Shown one piece after another: positions 1 through 11,834 of a stretch of 64,000 bases of DNA. The stretch's first letter is position 1. Each line of letters opens with the position of its first letter. The stretch is taken from the NCBI GenBank assembly GCA_002269645.1, contig NIVC01000438.1:225379-289378 (forward strand), given 5' to 3'. The notes beneath the pieces are model-generated. The model made no database searches and had not been told where the DNA came from. It saw only the letters and a program-made list of their open reading frames with translations. Both the position numbers and the translations under genes were made by a program. Source of the stretch: Macrostomum lignano (Eukaryota).

Positions 1-1188
1 ACAGAGGCTTTTTACTTATAGTACGACTCAATCCGTGAGTCGTGGTCTGTTTCGGAGCTACTTTAACTTGCTGCATCTACACCGTGCTTAGAAATTCAAA
101 GCTATAAATCCAAGTTACTCTAGGGAAGAGCCTAAGTAAATTTTGCAGCGAATATGGATTAATTTCTTCATTAATATTACAGATAGAGCAAGTTTTTGTT
201 TGCGGAGGACTCGGTGCAAACCGGCTTGTGATGTGTAAAGCTACCCGTTGCTATGCATGAAGGGTAGCTATACCGCAAAAGCAAATATCGTTATATAGTT
301 AGTAATATATATATTTACGACTCGTACTTTAGGATGTTGAGCGTACTAAAGAGGAGCAGTTGACATGACACCCGTTCAAAAGACTAAGTGGTTCTAATAT
401 ATTTCGAAAGCTAGTGAGACTTAGGTGCGTAAAGAAAAGTGAGAATAAGATTGTGTTAAATCAACATGGGACAAAATGGATGGAGTTGTCTGCGTCTAGT
501 TCACTGTTTTGTACTCCAAGCAGCTTTACTTTGGTTGACGTAGAGAATTGAAGTACGTTTGTAGAACACGACGTACTTCGAAAATTGAACAGGTACATGT
601 AGCAATAGTGCAATAAAAGCAGGCTTAGAACTGAATTTTCCAGGGGTTTCAGGGGGCTCAAAAAGACAATTGTAACTCCAACATGAATTGAAACGAAAGT
701 TCTACATGACCGCAACTGCATTGAACATGGATTGCAATATTGCAGCAAGAATCAGACGCATTTCTTTATTTAAAGATGATTGTTGACTCAGCTGAGTCAA
801 CTGGCTGTTTGGGAGAAGTTGCAAAAAATCTATAGGGGCCAAAGGAACCCAGAAATTTAGCCAATGTATTTAAATATTGGCCCGATATTTAGTACAGAAT
901 TTTATTTAAATAAAGCTATAGAAAATTTACTAACTTCTCTCAGACCCTGGCTGTGAAGCTTTGAGACCATCGTCTGTATATATATACGAGCATATAGGAA
1001 TTTATTGTACTCCCAATTATACCCATTCATTCTACGTACGTGTGTGTAGACGTTTACAAGAAACTAGTATGATCCAGCCGTGGCGGCAACAAAGTTTGGC
1101 TTATTTCAAAAAAGGAAGCGAACATAGCTAGAAAAGTGTGAAATTGAAGTATTTGTTCGTAAAGAAAAATTCAACACAGTTTTACACA

Positions 1189-4034
1189 ATGCAACAAGTA
1201 AAGGAGTCCCTCGCGCAGTCCACGTCCCATGGCCTGCCGAGGCTGGTTACAAAGAAGCCGCTCTACGTTCGCCTTCTCTGGCTGCTGTTTTTCCTCGCCT
1301 TTCTCGGCCTCTGCCTCCGCGGCTTGATAGATTTCGTTAAAAAACTGGAGAGTCGTCAGGTTAGCACAACTTTGGAGGCAAATGCGTTAGCCTTCAAATT
1401 TCCGGACGTGTACAAATGCATGGAGAATCCGGTTTCAACCAGCTATGCGGCGACGATGAGTAACCAAACACTGACGTAGCTGGTTCAAGGTACAATGCAT
1501 TGATATTTGGGAGGTCAAGGCAAGGTCAACAGCAAGATGTCCTGATGAAGCTAGGGCAGTTGACATGGGCCCACGAATGTCCACGATAGATGAAAACGTG
1601 AGAATAGTGGAAGAATATGTATCTGCTACGCAAGATCAAATTAGCCACAGGAAAATAAGCAGTAGCAACAAGAGAGTTGTAGCCTATAGTGGTTAGAGCG
1701 TCGGACTCACGACTTGAATGTCGATGGTTCGATTCCCGATCCTACTGGGACAATTGTGTCCCTGAGCACGACACTTAACTCTGCATTGCTTCGGTTCACC
1801 CAGCTGTAAAATGGGTACCAGCATTAGTTGGGGTAATTGAGGCTTTGTGTGGCGACCCCCCAGTCCTTGGAACGAACAGCCAGCCGTACGCAGCCTTCAG
1901 GTGCGCCGCACAATAGCTGTGGCAGAGCTGTCGGTTGCACATCTGGCCCAATTGGGGCAGGTGTTTTCAATAGTTTTTGTAATACTACTGGTAAATAACC
2001 ACCATCTGGAGCACTATACTAGCCTACAAAATGCTGCAAAAAAGAAGAGTTGTGCAAACAAAAAGCTTCGTTTTTAGAGACACTACATCGATGCAAGACA
2101 GGAATTTGCCAATCCCCCCCCAACAGATCTCAACAGCGCCTCTGAGATTTTTTTTGCCTCGGTGGCAACACAACTGAAAGACTAAATCGATTAAATATGT
2201 AGTATAGCTTTGCTCTGTTGCACTCGTTGGAATACAACAGCCTAATTGATGGAGTTGCTCACAGGCTCGAGCAGGCCATTCTAACTAGCGATTTTACCTA
2301 CATCAGCAGCAACGGTCTGCCTTCCTACGAGGCCATGCCAGCGGAGGAATTCTTCCATCTGGTGTTTCTGCGCGGCTTTCGCTGGGTTCTGAACGATACT
2401 GTGCGGGCAACGCTGGCCAAGGGTGGCACCGCTAGCGGCCTGACCGTCACTGTGATGACCGACGCAAACTTCTCCTCGACTTCACCAACAGGTCAGAGTA
2501 CAACAACACGCAGCTCACGCGTTTGATGGAATGGGTATAGAAGCCTACAATCACACAATCACGGGAAGCCCAATGGACAATAGGGGCCTTTCGGGGCATC
2601 ATTGCGTTAGTGTCAAAAAAATTCTGTGAACAGCATGTGTAGCCATTCAACTAACCAATTGACACTAACAGGTCCATCGGTCCTATCCAGGGTGTACGCT
2701 GGCGATTCGCTAATCCCAGTTTCCGATTGGTCGCTGTCGAGAATGGACTTCGACGATCCAGATCGCAGGGCCAGGTTTCGAGTCTATTTGTGCCCACCTG
2801 GCGAGTACCCAACAGCGTTCGTGACGTCGTTCTCCCTCGGTCCCGATAGATATCACACGGTAGATATCAGCATGGCTGAGCAAGTGTACAACTCGGCAAG
2901 CTTCGAATGTCTGAGTGCCCTTTTGGATCAGGCTCAGTTTGTCAATCCATATTCTCAGGAGCCGTACAATCACACCTACAGCTATTCCTACTGCTAATTC
3001 AAAGAGTATCACAGGTACAATACAGTTACTTTATTACACAATACTTTGTTGGATGATTTATTGATTCTACGTCGTGCTCTCGTGCTCCAGTACATGCAAA
3101 AGGTGCAATGAAAACTGGAATCCTATTGTTGAATTTCATGGGCACGCCGCGTCCACTTCAGGCAATACCAGCAGAAAACCAACCTGAGCGGCGATGCAAG
3201 CCTCATGCCGTGGCCGCAGAGAGGCTACCGCTACCTGTTTAACCTGACTGATAAGGACGCCAATTTTCTCCAGCTGGCAGGAGAAACGCCAGCAGATCCG
3301 TCGTTTAGTTACGAAGAAATTGGCAACATAGTGGAGAACGCGCATCAGGTGTGCAAGTCGAAAGCGCCCTGCTCAACACTGGACTACGACGTCACCATGT
3401 CCAGCACGGACTGGCCAACCTACAGTTCCGTGATGCCGTTTGTAACGGCCACTGTGCAGCAGGTCAAAGACAGGGCTGGCAACGCGTCCGTACCGGCGAT
3501 TGCCCGACTGCTCGGCGCAGATGCAGCAGGTGCTGCGGCAATCGCCAGCGCTAATCTGATTAAGGTGGGTAATTGCTGTTAATTGGACCTTTGCTCATGG
3601 AGATCTGGACAGATTTACCAATTCGGTACCGCCCCGAAGCTAAATTATTGATTTCCACAACGGATCACAAGGTGGGGAGACAAACCATTAACCCCTTGTC
3701 CCTCTCGGTGGCGACGCCTCTGGTTATGCCTTCTCGTTTCATATTTCCGTTCCATGTTTCTTTAAAAAATTCCTTCTGCTAATAAAAATTAAAGTGGATG
3801 TCCAAGTGAAAGATGCTAAAAATGATGACGCTAAAACCTTCAAATTCTAGGCCAGCTTCAGAATTTGTACGGCAACCTGCAGCCGATTCACTCACTCAGT
3901 CGACTACGGGATCAACAATTTCATCTCCGACATTGGCGGCATACTTGGCCTCTATTTGGGCATGTCGTTGCTGACAATTTCGCGAACTGCTCGAATTAGC
4001 CTACGATCTTGGCGTCGTTCTGTGGAACAAGTGA
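1189..4034 (+). CDS. ENaC/degenerin (ASIC/amiloride-sensitive Na channel) family gene, multi-exon, with apparent frameshifts
   Basis: N-terminal STSHGLPRL (conserved HG motif) precedes TM1 (LLWLLFFLAFLGLCLRGL) and FPDVYKCMENP (cf. FPAVTICNxNP). Internal exons lie at about 2265-2490, 2672-3014 and 3160-3566 (CKSKAPCSTLDYDVTMSSTDWP). The TM2 exon reads DYGINNFISDIGGILGLYLGMSLLTI with a G-x-S filter, then ELLELAYDL after a frameshift. Some exon borders are uncertain. Confidence 0.88.
1674..1860 (+). mobile_element. tRNA-derived SINE with CORE-like central domain, in the ENaC intron
   Basis: A-box TAGCCTATAGTGG (1680-1692) and B-box GGTTCGATTCC (1726-1736). These are followed by TGTGTCCCTGAGCACGACACTTAACTCT...CAGCTGTAAAATGGGTACC, resembling the MIR/CORE motifs TGTGACCTTGGGCAAGTCACTTAAC and CTGTAAAATGGG. 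The 3' end is uncertain and may extend to about 1990. Confidence 0.75.
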
Positions 4035-4459
4035 GCAGCGGCAGTTAAGACAAGTAACCATGGCAACTGTGAAGAAATCATTATTGACGGAGAAGCACCA
4101 TCAGCGGAGACTACGGGAGTTACGAAGAAGCAAAATGGAGCTGTTGCGCAAGAATTTGCGACGACAAATACGCCAAGAACCGAGTCAACTACAACAACAG
4201 ATAGCACTCATCACATTGTGCTGTGCGCCGAACTCAAGTGTACTCATTTTAGGCAGAATTCCTTTGTGTTTAAGTTACTAGGTATAGTTATAAAAAATGA
4301 ATAATTATAAGAATAATAAGCTTTTTTCCAAGAAACAAGATGAAGCCACTCTTGTCCAGTCCTGTACACACAGTGGAAACTTTATTATATTTTATAATTA
4401 GGTACTTGAACAGTACAATGAGAACGCTAATAGTCAATAGTTAAATCGGGCTTAGTTAT

Positions 4460-4819
4460 TTATTGATCCGTTTCCATAGCAACCGATGCTGCCTGCTGCT
4501 GTTTCTTTTGACGCTTCTTTCCAGCATTGCTACTGTCAGTAGCTGACACTTCCATCGCAGACTCGGCAACCTGTTCCTTTAACTCCCGCCTGAGCTGTTT
4601 CATAATTTTCCGCTTCCTCTTGCCAGACAATTCAATATTGGCGTTAGGGTTGGTGCGCAGCTTGCGCAACTGGCCGGGCGTTTGCAAATCCGCGTCGGGA
4701 ATCTCGCAAATTCGAGGCGGCTTGGCCGCGCGGCGTCGTTTGATCTTTTCCCTGTGCCGCTTGTGATTGTGCTTCACGTGGGCTGGTCGCTTCCGGTTGG
4801 GGTCTCTGTGCATGCCCAT
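4460..4819 (-). CDS. C11orf98: C11orf98-like small basic protein (119 aa), single exon
   Basis: ANIELSGKRKRKIMKQLRRELKEQ...AMEV matches the remembered C11orf98 motif ANITLSGKKRRKLLQQIR...AMEV. Intact ATG-to-stop ORF, K/R-rich. Confidence 0.75.
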   Translation of the reverse strand: MGMHRDPNRKRPAHVKHNHKRHREKIKRRRAAKPPRICEIPDADLQTPGQLRKLRTNPNANIELSGKRKRKIMKQLRRELKEQVAESAMEVSATDSSNAGKKRQKKQQQAASVAMETDQ

Positions 4820-5184
4820 GGCGGTTTAATGAGTCAGCATGCATATTGGTGTTACGTTTTATTTCATGAATCATCCAATACTGGAAAAAGTTCTTAAAGA
4901 CCGATCGGGAGGGGAGAGCACGTTCACACAGGGTGTACACGGACGGTGGTGGAATGGCTCGTAAAGCTCCAATGACCAATGTTTAGCGCACAAGCCTCAA
5001 ATGAATTTTAAACTCAACAATTAACACATCAACACTTGAACAGCTTAGGTACTGAACTAGCCATTGTCGTTCAATTGTATATTTCTCGCAATGCGCAGTT
5101 GATGACAAATGCACTAATATTAGGCACAGAAAACAGATCGATAGCTTCTTCGGAAAACTTGCGTGTTAAGAGGCACTTTTAAAG

Positions 5185-6810
5185 ACGATTCTCTAGTGAG
5201 AGTGGGGGCGATTCTCTACAGAGAGTGAGGGCGATTCTTTTGGGATAGTGAGGGCGATTCTCTAGGGTGAGTGAGGGCGATTCTCTAAGGAGAGGGGGCG
5301 ATTCTCTAGAGAGAGTGGGGGCGATTCTCTAGGGTGAGTCAGGTCGATTCTCTAGGGAGAATGAGGGCGATTCTTCAGAGAGAGTGAGGGCGATTCTTTA
5401 TGGAGAGTGAAGGCAATTCTCTACGGAGAGTAGGGCGAATCTCTAGGTAGAGTGAGGGCGATTCTCCAGGGAGAGTGAGGGCGATTCTCTAGGGAGAGTG
5501 GAGGCGATTTTTTAGGGAGAAAGAGGGCGATTCTCTAGGGAGAGTGGGGGCGATTTTTTATGGAGAAAGAGGGCGATTATCTAGGGAGAGTGAGGGCGAT
5601 TCTCTAAGGTGAGTGGGGCGATTCTCTAGGGAGAGTGGGGGCGATTCTCTAAGGAGAGTGGGGGCGATTCTCTAGGGAGAGTGAGGGCGATTCTCTAAGG
5701 AGAGTGGGGCGATTCTCTAGGGAGAGTGGGGGCGATTCTCTAAGGAGAGTTGGGCGATTCTCTAGGGAGAGTGAGGGCGATTCTCTAGGGAGAGTGAGGG
5801 CGATTCTCTAGGTGAGTGGGGCGATTCTCTAGGGAGAGCGAGGGCGATTCTCTAGGGAGAGTGAGGGCGATTCTCTAAGGTGAGTGGGGCGATTCTCTAG
5901 GGAGAGTGGGGGCGATTCTCTAAGGAGAGTTGGGCGATTCTCTAGGGAGAGTGAGGGCGATTCTCTAGGGAGAGTGAGGGCGATTCTCTAAGGTGAGTGG
6001 GGCGATTCTCTAGGGAGAGTGGGGGCGATTCTCTAAGGAGAGTTGGGCGATTCTCTAGGGAGAGTGAGGGCGATTCTCTAAGGAGAGTGGGGCGATTCTC
6101 TAGGGAGAGTGGGGCGATTCTCTAAGGAGAGTTGGGCGATTCTCTAGGGAGAGTGAGGGCGATTCTCTAGGGAGAGTGAGGGCGATTCTCTAGGGAGAGT
6201 GGGGGCGATTCTCTAGGGAGAGTGAGGGCGATTCTCTAGGGAGAGTGAGGGCGATTCTCTAGGGAGAGTGGGGGCGATTCTCTAAGGAGAGTGAGGGCGA
6301 TTCTCTAGGGAGAGTGGAGGCGATTCTCTAGAGAGAGTGGGGGCGATTCTCTAGAGAGAGTGGGGGCGATTCTCTAGAGAGAGTGGGGGCGATTATCTAG
6401 GGAGAGTGGGGGCGATTCTTTAGGGAGAGCGAGGGCGATTCTCTAGGGTGAGTGAGGGCGATTCTCTAGGGTGAGTGAGGGCGATTCTCTAGGGAGAGCG
6501 ATGGCGATTCTCTAGGGTGAGTGAGGGCGATTCTCTAGGGAGAGTGGGGGCGATTCTCTAAGGAGAGTGAGGGCGATTCTCTAGGGAGAGTGGGGGCGAT
6601 TCTCTAGGGAGAGTGGGGGCGATTCTCTAGGGAGAGTGGGGGCGATTCTCTAGAGAGAGTGGGGGCGATTCTCTAAGGAGAGTTGGGCGATTCTCTAGGG
6701 AGAGTGGGGGCGATTCTCTAAGGAGAGTGAGGGCGATTCTCTAGGGAGAGTGGGGGCGATTCTCTAGAGAGAGTGGGGGCGATTCTCTAGGGAGAGTGGG
6801 GGCGATTTAA
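5185..6810. repeat. 23-bp G-rich minisatellite (GGCGATTCTCTAGGGAGAGTGRG), about 70 copies
   Basis: Direct tandem units visible between NOC3L and C11orf98. Confidence 0.97.
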
Positions 6811-6893
6811 GAGCGATTTTAGGGGTTCAAGATGACAAAGACAAAGTACACACTGTCATACAAGCAGAAATCAAGTCAAAGGCTGTCGAATAA

Positions 6894-7919
6894 TCAACGC
6901 CTCCTTTTACCACCGCGACTGCCGCCTCGACCGCCACCGCTAATTTTCTTTCTAACTGAGCTCTTCTTTGAACCGAACTTCTGCTGCTGCTTCTGCTTGG
7001 AATTATTGCCGCGCTGCTGTCGTGCTTTCTTAGAAAACTTCGACTGTCGACCGGAACGCGCCGTAGATGACTTTTCAACTTGGTCGTCATGCTCTTCATC
7101 ATCATCACAGTTATCAGCTGGTGCCCTGCCAAGACTCAGATCGCCTCCCCGACCGCCAGCAGAAGCGGCATGGATAGCTGAGAAATTCTGCTTCAACAAC
7201 AGACTGGCTAATTGTCGAATCGAATGGCTAGCTACCTGGTTGCTACCCGAGGCTAATTTGCGTAGCAACGGTTCGCAAGACTGACAGGACAGTCCGCCTA
7301 GATCGGGATCGTCGTCAGTAGCCAGCACCAGCTGACCAGCCGCTGTGGCGGCGGCTTCGGCGTCATCAACATCGTCAGCTGGTTCAAGCAGTCGCTGCGC
7401 TCGAGGAAACACAGCCAACAGCCGGGCAGCACAGGTCAGCAGACAGGTTAGGGAAGCTTCCGTAGCGGAACTGCCGTTTCCATTTAGCAGAGCTGTCTGA
7501 CAAATTGAGTCCAGTAAACGGCGCAGAAAGTTGACGGGTCGCATCGGCGGCAGATGACGCCGACGGTCGGCGAGGGCGGCCAGGAGGGTCTGAGACAGGC
7601 TGGGGGCCAGGTCGGGGTGGTGGCGAACCAGACGGGGCAGCCGCTTGTACAGGTGCAGGTAGAACCGGCGTGGGTCCAGGGTGAGCGCTTCGCCTTCTCC
7701 GCTGAGCAGGGCGAGGGCTGTGCGAACCACCTGTAGGTGATATAAAGAAAGTTTGAGAGTTTATGTGTGCCTTCTGCATGCTGGTTAGCCTGGTAAATAA
7801 GTGTGCTGATGCTATATGCCGTGTAGAAAAGGGGAAATAAAATAAGATTTATAAGAGGCAAAAAGTCCAGGTGAAGACAGGTGAATAATGCAGAAATGGA
7901 CAATATGATGGGCCAAGAC

Positions 7920-7950
<31 letters not shown>

Positions 7951-10900
7951 CAGATAGGGAGACTTTTTATTTTAAAAAACTGAACTGACCGGTTACAACC
8001 GGTGAGAGGAGGCATTGCTGCCCATTCCGCCGACTCCCCTGAGCAGGCACACAATCGCGCGGATACGTACGCAGTCATACGCACAGGCACTCACTCACAC
8101 AGGAGTGTACAGCGGCCCTAACTTTATTTATCGTTATGGCATGTACACTTTACTGTGCCTTGGGGGTTGTTGGCCCTCAAGCTGAGCGTTAATTGCACGA
8201 GCAGAGAGCCAAGCCGAGATTCCAAATGGTAGCCGCAAAATAATGTGACTGCACTTCGAATCGATCCTGGGCCGCTGGCACACCAGAGCGACAAGCTAGA
8301 CCAATTGGCTACCCCCCGCCCCCCTGAGAGACAGACAGACAGACAGACAGCAAGCCAGTCACCTCAACAGAGTGCGCAGTGGACAGGTCTGGCCAGTCCA
8401 GCAGTGCCTGCAGCGCGCTAAACAGGTCCGGCAGCAGGTCCAAGTTGACTCTTAGCGATAGACGCGCCAGTCCAGTTAGCGCAGATGTTAGCGCGCGTGC
8501 TCCGGGTTTGGCGCGCAGGACGCGTAGATACAGATGCAACAGCAGCTCCGCGCACCGCTGCTGCAGTCGGGCCCGAGTGGCAGCGCTCTCCTGATGGCGC
8601 AGCTCCTCGAGGCCGCGAGTGGCATCGGCCGATCGCTTGCCCTGCCGGCGCTCTTTGCGGGATAACTTGGCCAGCTTCTGCTGGTGGGTAAGCCGCTGGT
8701 TGCCGGGCGCAGACTGGTCCTGGACGGGTGGGAGGCGGACAAGGGAACTGGGAATTTAATTATCGGACCGTATTTTTAGAAGCTAGAAATATCCACATAG
8801 CAACCAGAGAATAATAATATCCCCATAGCAATATAAGGGAATAAGAATATCTCCATCTAGAAACCAGAGACTAAAAATATCGCCATAGCAACCAGAGACT
8901 AAAATATCCCCATAGCAACCAGAGAATAATATTAACCCCGCAGCAACTAGAGATTAAGATTTAAGAATATCGCCTTAGCAACCAGAGAATAATATTAACC
9001 CCACAGCAACTAGAGAATAAGAAAATCGCCTTAGCAACCAGAGAATCAGAATATTACCATATCAACCAGAGAATACCAATATTCCCATGGCAACCAAAGA
9101 ATAAGAATATCCTCATAGCAACGAGAGAATAAGAATATCCCATAGCAACCAGAGAATAAGAATATCCCATAGCAACCAGAGAATAAGAATATCCCCATAG
9201 CAACCAGAGAATAGGAATATCCCCATGGCAACCAGAGAATAAGAATATACTCATAGCAACCAGAGAATAAGAATATCCCCATAGCAACCAGAGAATAGGA
9301 ATATCCCCATGGCAACCAGAGAATAAGAATATCCTCATAGCAATCAGAGAATAGGAATATCCCCATGGCAACCAGAGAATAAGAGTATTCTCATAGCAAC
9401 CAGAGAATAAGAATATACTCATAGCAACCAAAAATCCGAAACGTAACCCACTTTAGTGGGAGGCGGCAGATCTAGTCGAACGCTGGTCAGCACGTCTAAA
9501 AGGTCGGCATGTACTTTTGCTCCGGCGGCCACGGCCACGCGACAAGCGGCTTTTACCGCTCTGAGGGACGCTTCGCCGGCTCGATCCTCAACGAACAGCT
9601 GGCGAAATGCCGAGCAGGCGAGCGAGCTGATCTCAGCGGAGCGGCTTTGCAGACAAGGGGTTAGCCAAGCTATCAGCTCCGATGATTCGTTAAAGTTGGG
9701 ATGATTGGCCAGTAGCTGAGAGAGGCAACGAATGGCCACATTGCGATTGGACTGGGGGCGGTAGGGAGGAATGAATGTGGTCTGGGTTAGCTGAGTAATT
9801 AACTAATTAACTAACTAATCAACATATCATTAATAAGCACTCTTCCTAAGTTGTCTACCCAAACGAAAAGTAATCTGATGATTTTACTAACTTTTAGAGA
9901 GTATTACAGATGTCCACTATATTCCCGTCCAATGTCCACTAATTTGACATTACAAATGTTGAATAGATTCCATCACATCACAATGTCCACTAGATTCCAT
10001 CGCATCACAATGTCCACTAGATTCCATCACAATGTCCACTAGATTCCATCACATCACAATGTCCACTAGATTACATCACATCACAATGTCCACAGATTCT
10101 ATCGCATCACAATGTCCTCTAGATTTCATCGCATCACAATGTCCACTAGATTCCATCACATCACAATGTCCACAGATTCTATCGCATCACAATGTCCACT
10201 AGCTTCCATCGCATCACAATGTCCACTAGATTCCATCACAATGTTCACTAGCTTCCATCGCATCACAATGTCCACTAGCTTCCATCGCATCACAATGTCC
10301 ACTAGATTTCATCGCATCACAATGTCCACTAGATTTCATCGCATCACACTGTCCACTAGATTCCATCACAATGTCCACTAGATTCCATCACATCACAATG
10401 TCCACTAGATTCCATCACATCACAATGTCCACTAGATTCCATCACAATGTCCACTAGATTCCATCACATCACAATGTCCACTAGATTCCATCACAATGAT
10501 CACTAGATAATATCACACACAATGAACACTAAATAAAAATTACAATGTCTACTAGATGACTTCTCAATGTCCACTGGATGACTTCACAATGTCTACTAGA
10601 TGACATCATAATGTCCACTAGATGCCATGAAAATTTTGAAAACTCATCAAAACATGTTCACCCGATCCAGTTAAAAATGTCCACCAGCTCCATAAAAATG
10701 AACCCTATACACTACAGTCTAGACTCAGTAAATTTCCACAAAAATGACTAACAGCATAACAAACACCCAACTCACATAGGCCAGTTCCGCTTCGTCTTTC
10801 TCTGCCACCCGTTTCCGTTTTCTTCTCCAACCGCTAAGTTTTTTATCCTTAGCAGTCTTGCTACTGTTAGTAGCCTGCTGCTTGCACATGGCCTGCCTTA

Positions 10901-11309
10901 ACAGAGCCAAATATTTGCGATAATTCAACAGCAGAGTCTCCTCAAACGCGCGCAATCGTTTCGTCTCTTTTTTAGCTAATTGACTTTTCTCCGTGTCAGT
11001 TGCTAAGCGTATTTTATACGAGGGCAAAATGTCTTTGAAAACTTCGCACAGCGACACGACAATGTAGTCGGCTAGCAGGGGCCGAGCCTGACACAGCGGG
11101 TCCGCTAACAGTAGGCGGAGCTTGCGCAGATGGCCAACCTGGGCGAGGTAACATAATAACTGATTAATTGCTTGTTTACACCTGTATATTCTGTACCTAT
11201 ATATACCCATCCATCTGTCTGCCTGCCTGCCTGCCTGTCTATCTATCTGTCTATTTATCTATCAGTCTGTCTGCCTGTCTATCTGTCCATCTGTCTGCCT
11301 GTCCGTCTA

Positions 11310-11345
<36 letters not shown>

Positions 11346-11834
11346 TCTTATCCATCTATTTTTGTATTCATGTATCTATCTATCTAAATTTATATGTACA
11401 GATATATTCTCGTATCTATCTGTGCCTTTATGTGCATCCCAACAAGTATTGAATGCATTGGCACTCTTACATTTTCTTGCGGATTATCCATTACAGTTTG
11501 AGCATGGTTAGCAATATTTATCCTCATCTCTTTAGCTTTTGACTCTTCCAATGCCATCTGTTCAACTGGAGTCAAGTCTTGGCCAGCAGTTTCATTGTGG
11601 TCAATAAGTTCGTCAGCATCAGAGTCTGGCATTAAATCGATACCTTCATCACTGCCAGAAGCAACATTGGACTCAGCATCAGACTCCACATTATCATCCA
11701 CTGCCTGATGGTCTTCAATTGCTTCTTCTCTACTTTGTGCAATCAATTGTCCATGACTGGTCTTGATTGGTAGCAGTAATTTCATTCTTTTAGCTGGGCC
11801 ACCCGGCATGATTGGCTTGTTGTAGACGTAGCAG
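6894..11834 (-). CDS. NOC3L: Nucleolar complex protein 3 homolog; exons about 11834-11471, 11138-10776, 9751-9452, 8719-8363, 7730-6894; 5' end unresolved
   Basis: Motifs LLPIKT, VSLCEVFKDILPSYKIRL, LRAFEETLLLNYRKYL, HPNFN, LSRKERR, YLRVLRA, GLARL..RVNLD and TALALLSGEGEALTLDPRRFYLHLY follow the order of NOC3/NOC3L. GT-AG borders were read at each exon. Confidence 0.93.
7955..8324 (-). mobile_element. Second tRNA-derived SINE-like element in a NOC3L intron
   Basis: Minus-strand A-box TAGCCAATTGG (8311-8301) and B-box-like GGATCGATTCG (8267-8257). About 300 bp of unique body ends in TTTTTTAAAATAAAAA next to a (TCTG)n tract. Part of the body recurs near 38514-38581. Confidence 0.55.
8790..9430. 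repeat. 28-29-bp minisatellite (CCATAGCAACCAGAGAATAAGAATATCC) in NOC3L intron
   Basis: Tandem units directly visible, about 22 copies. Confidence 0.95.
9960..10620. repeat. 27-bp minisatellite with 22-bp variants (CACAATGTCCACTAGATTCCATCRCAT) in NOC3L intron
   Basis: Tandem units directly visible. Confidence 0.95.
11205..11390. repeat. (TCTG/TCTA/CCTG)n microsatellite in NOC3L intron
   Basis: Visible tetranucleotide tract. Related (ACAG)n tracts occur at about 7918-7952, 8326-8350 and 45965-46061. Confidence 0.92.

Noticed and set aside
1674-1745. Functional tRNA gene
   Set aside because: The 3' acceptor strand does not pair convincingly, and the sequence continues into a CORE-like SINE body.
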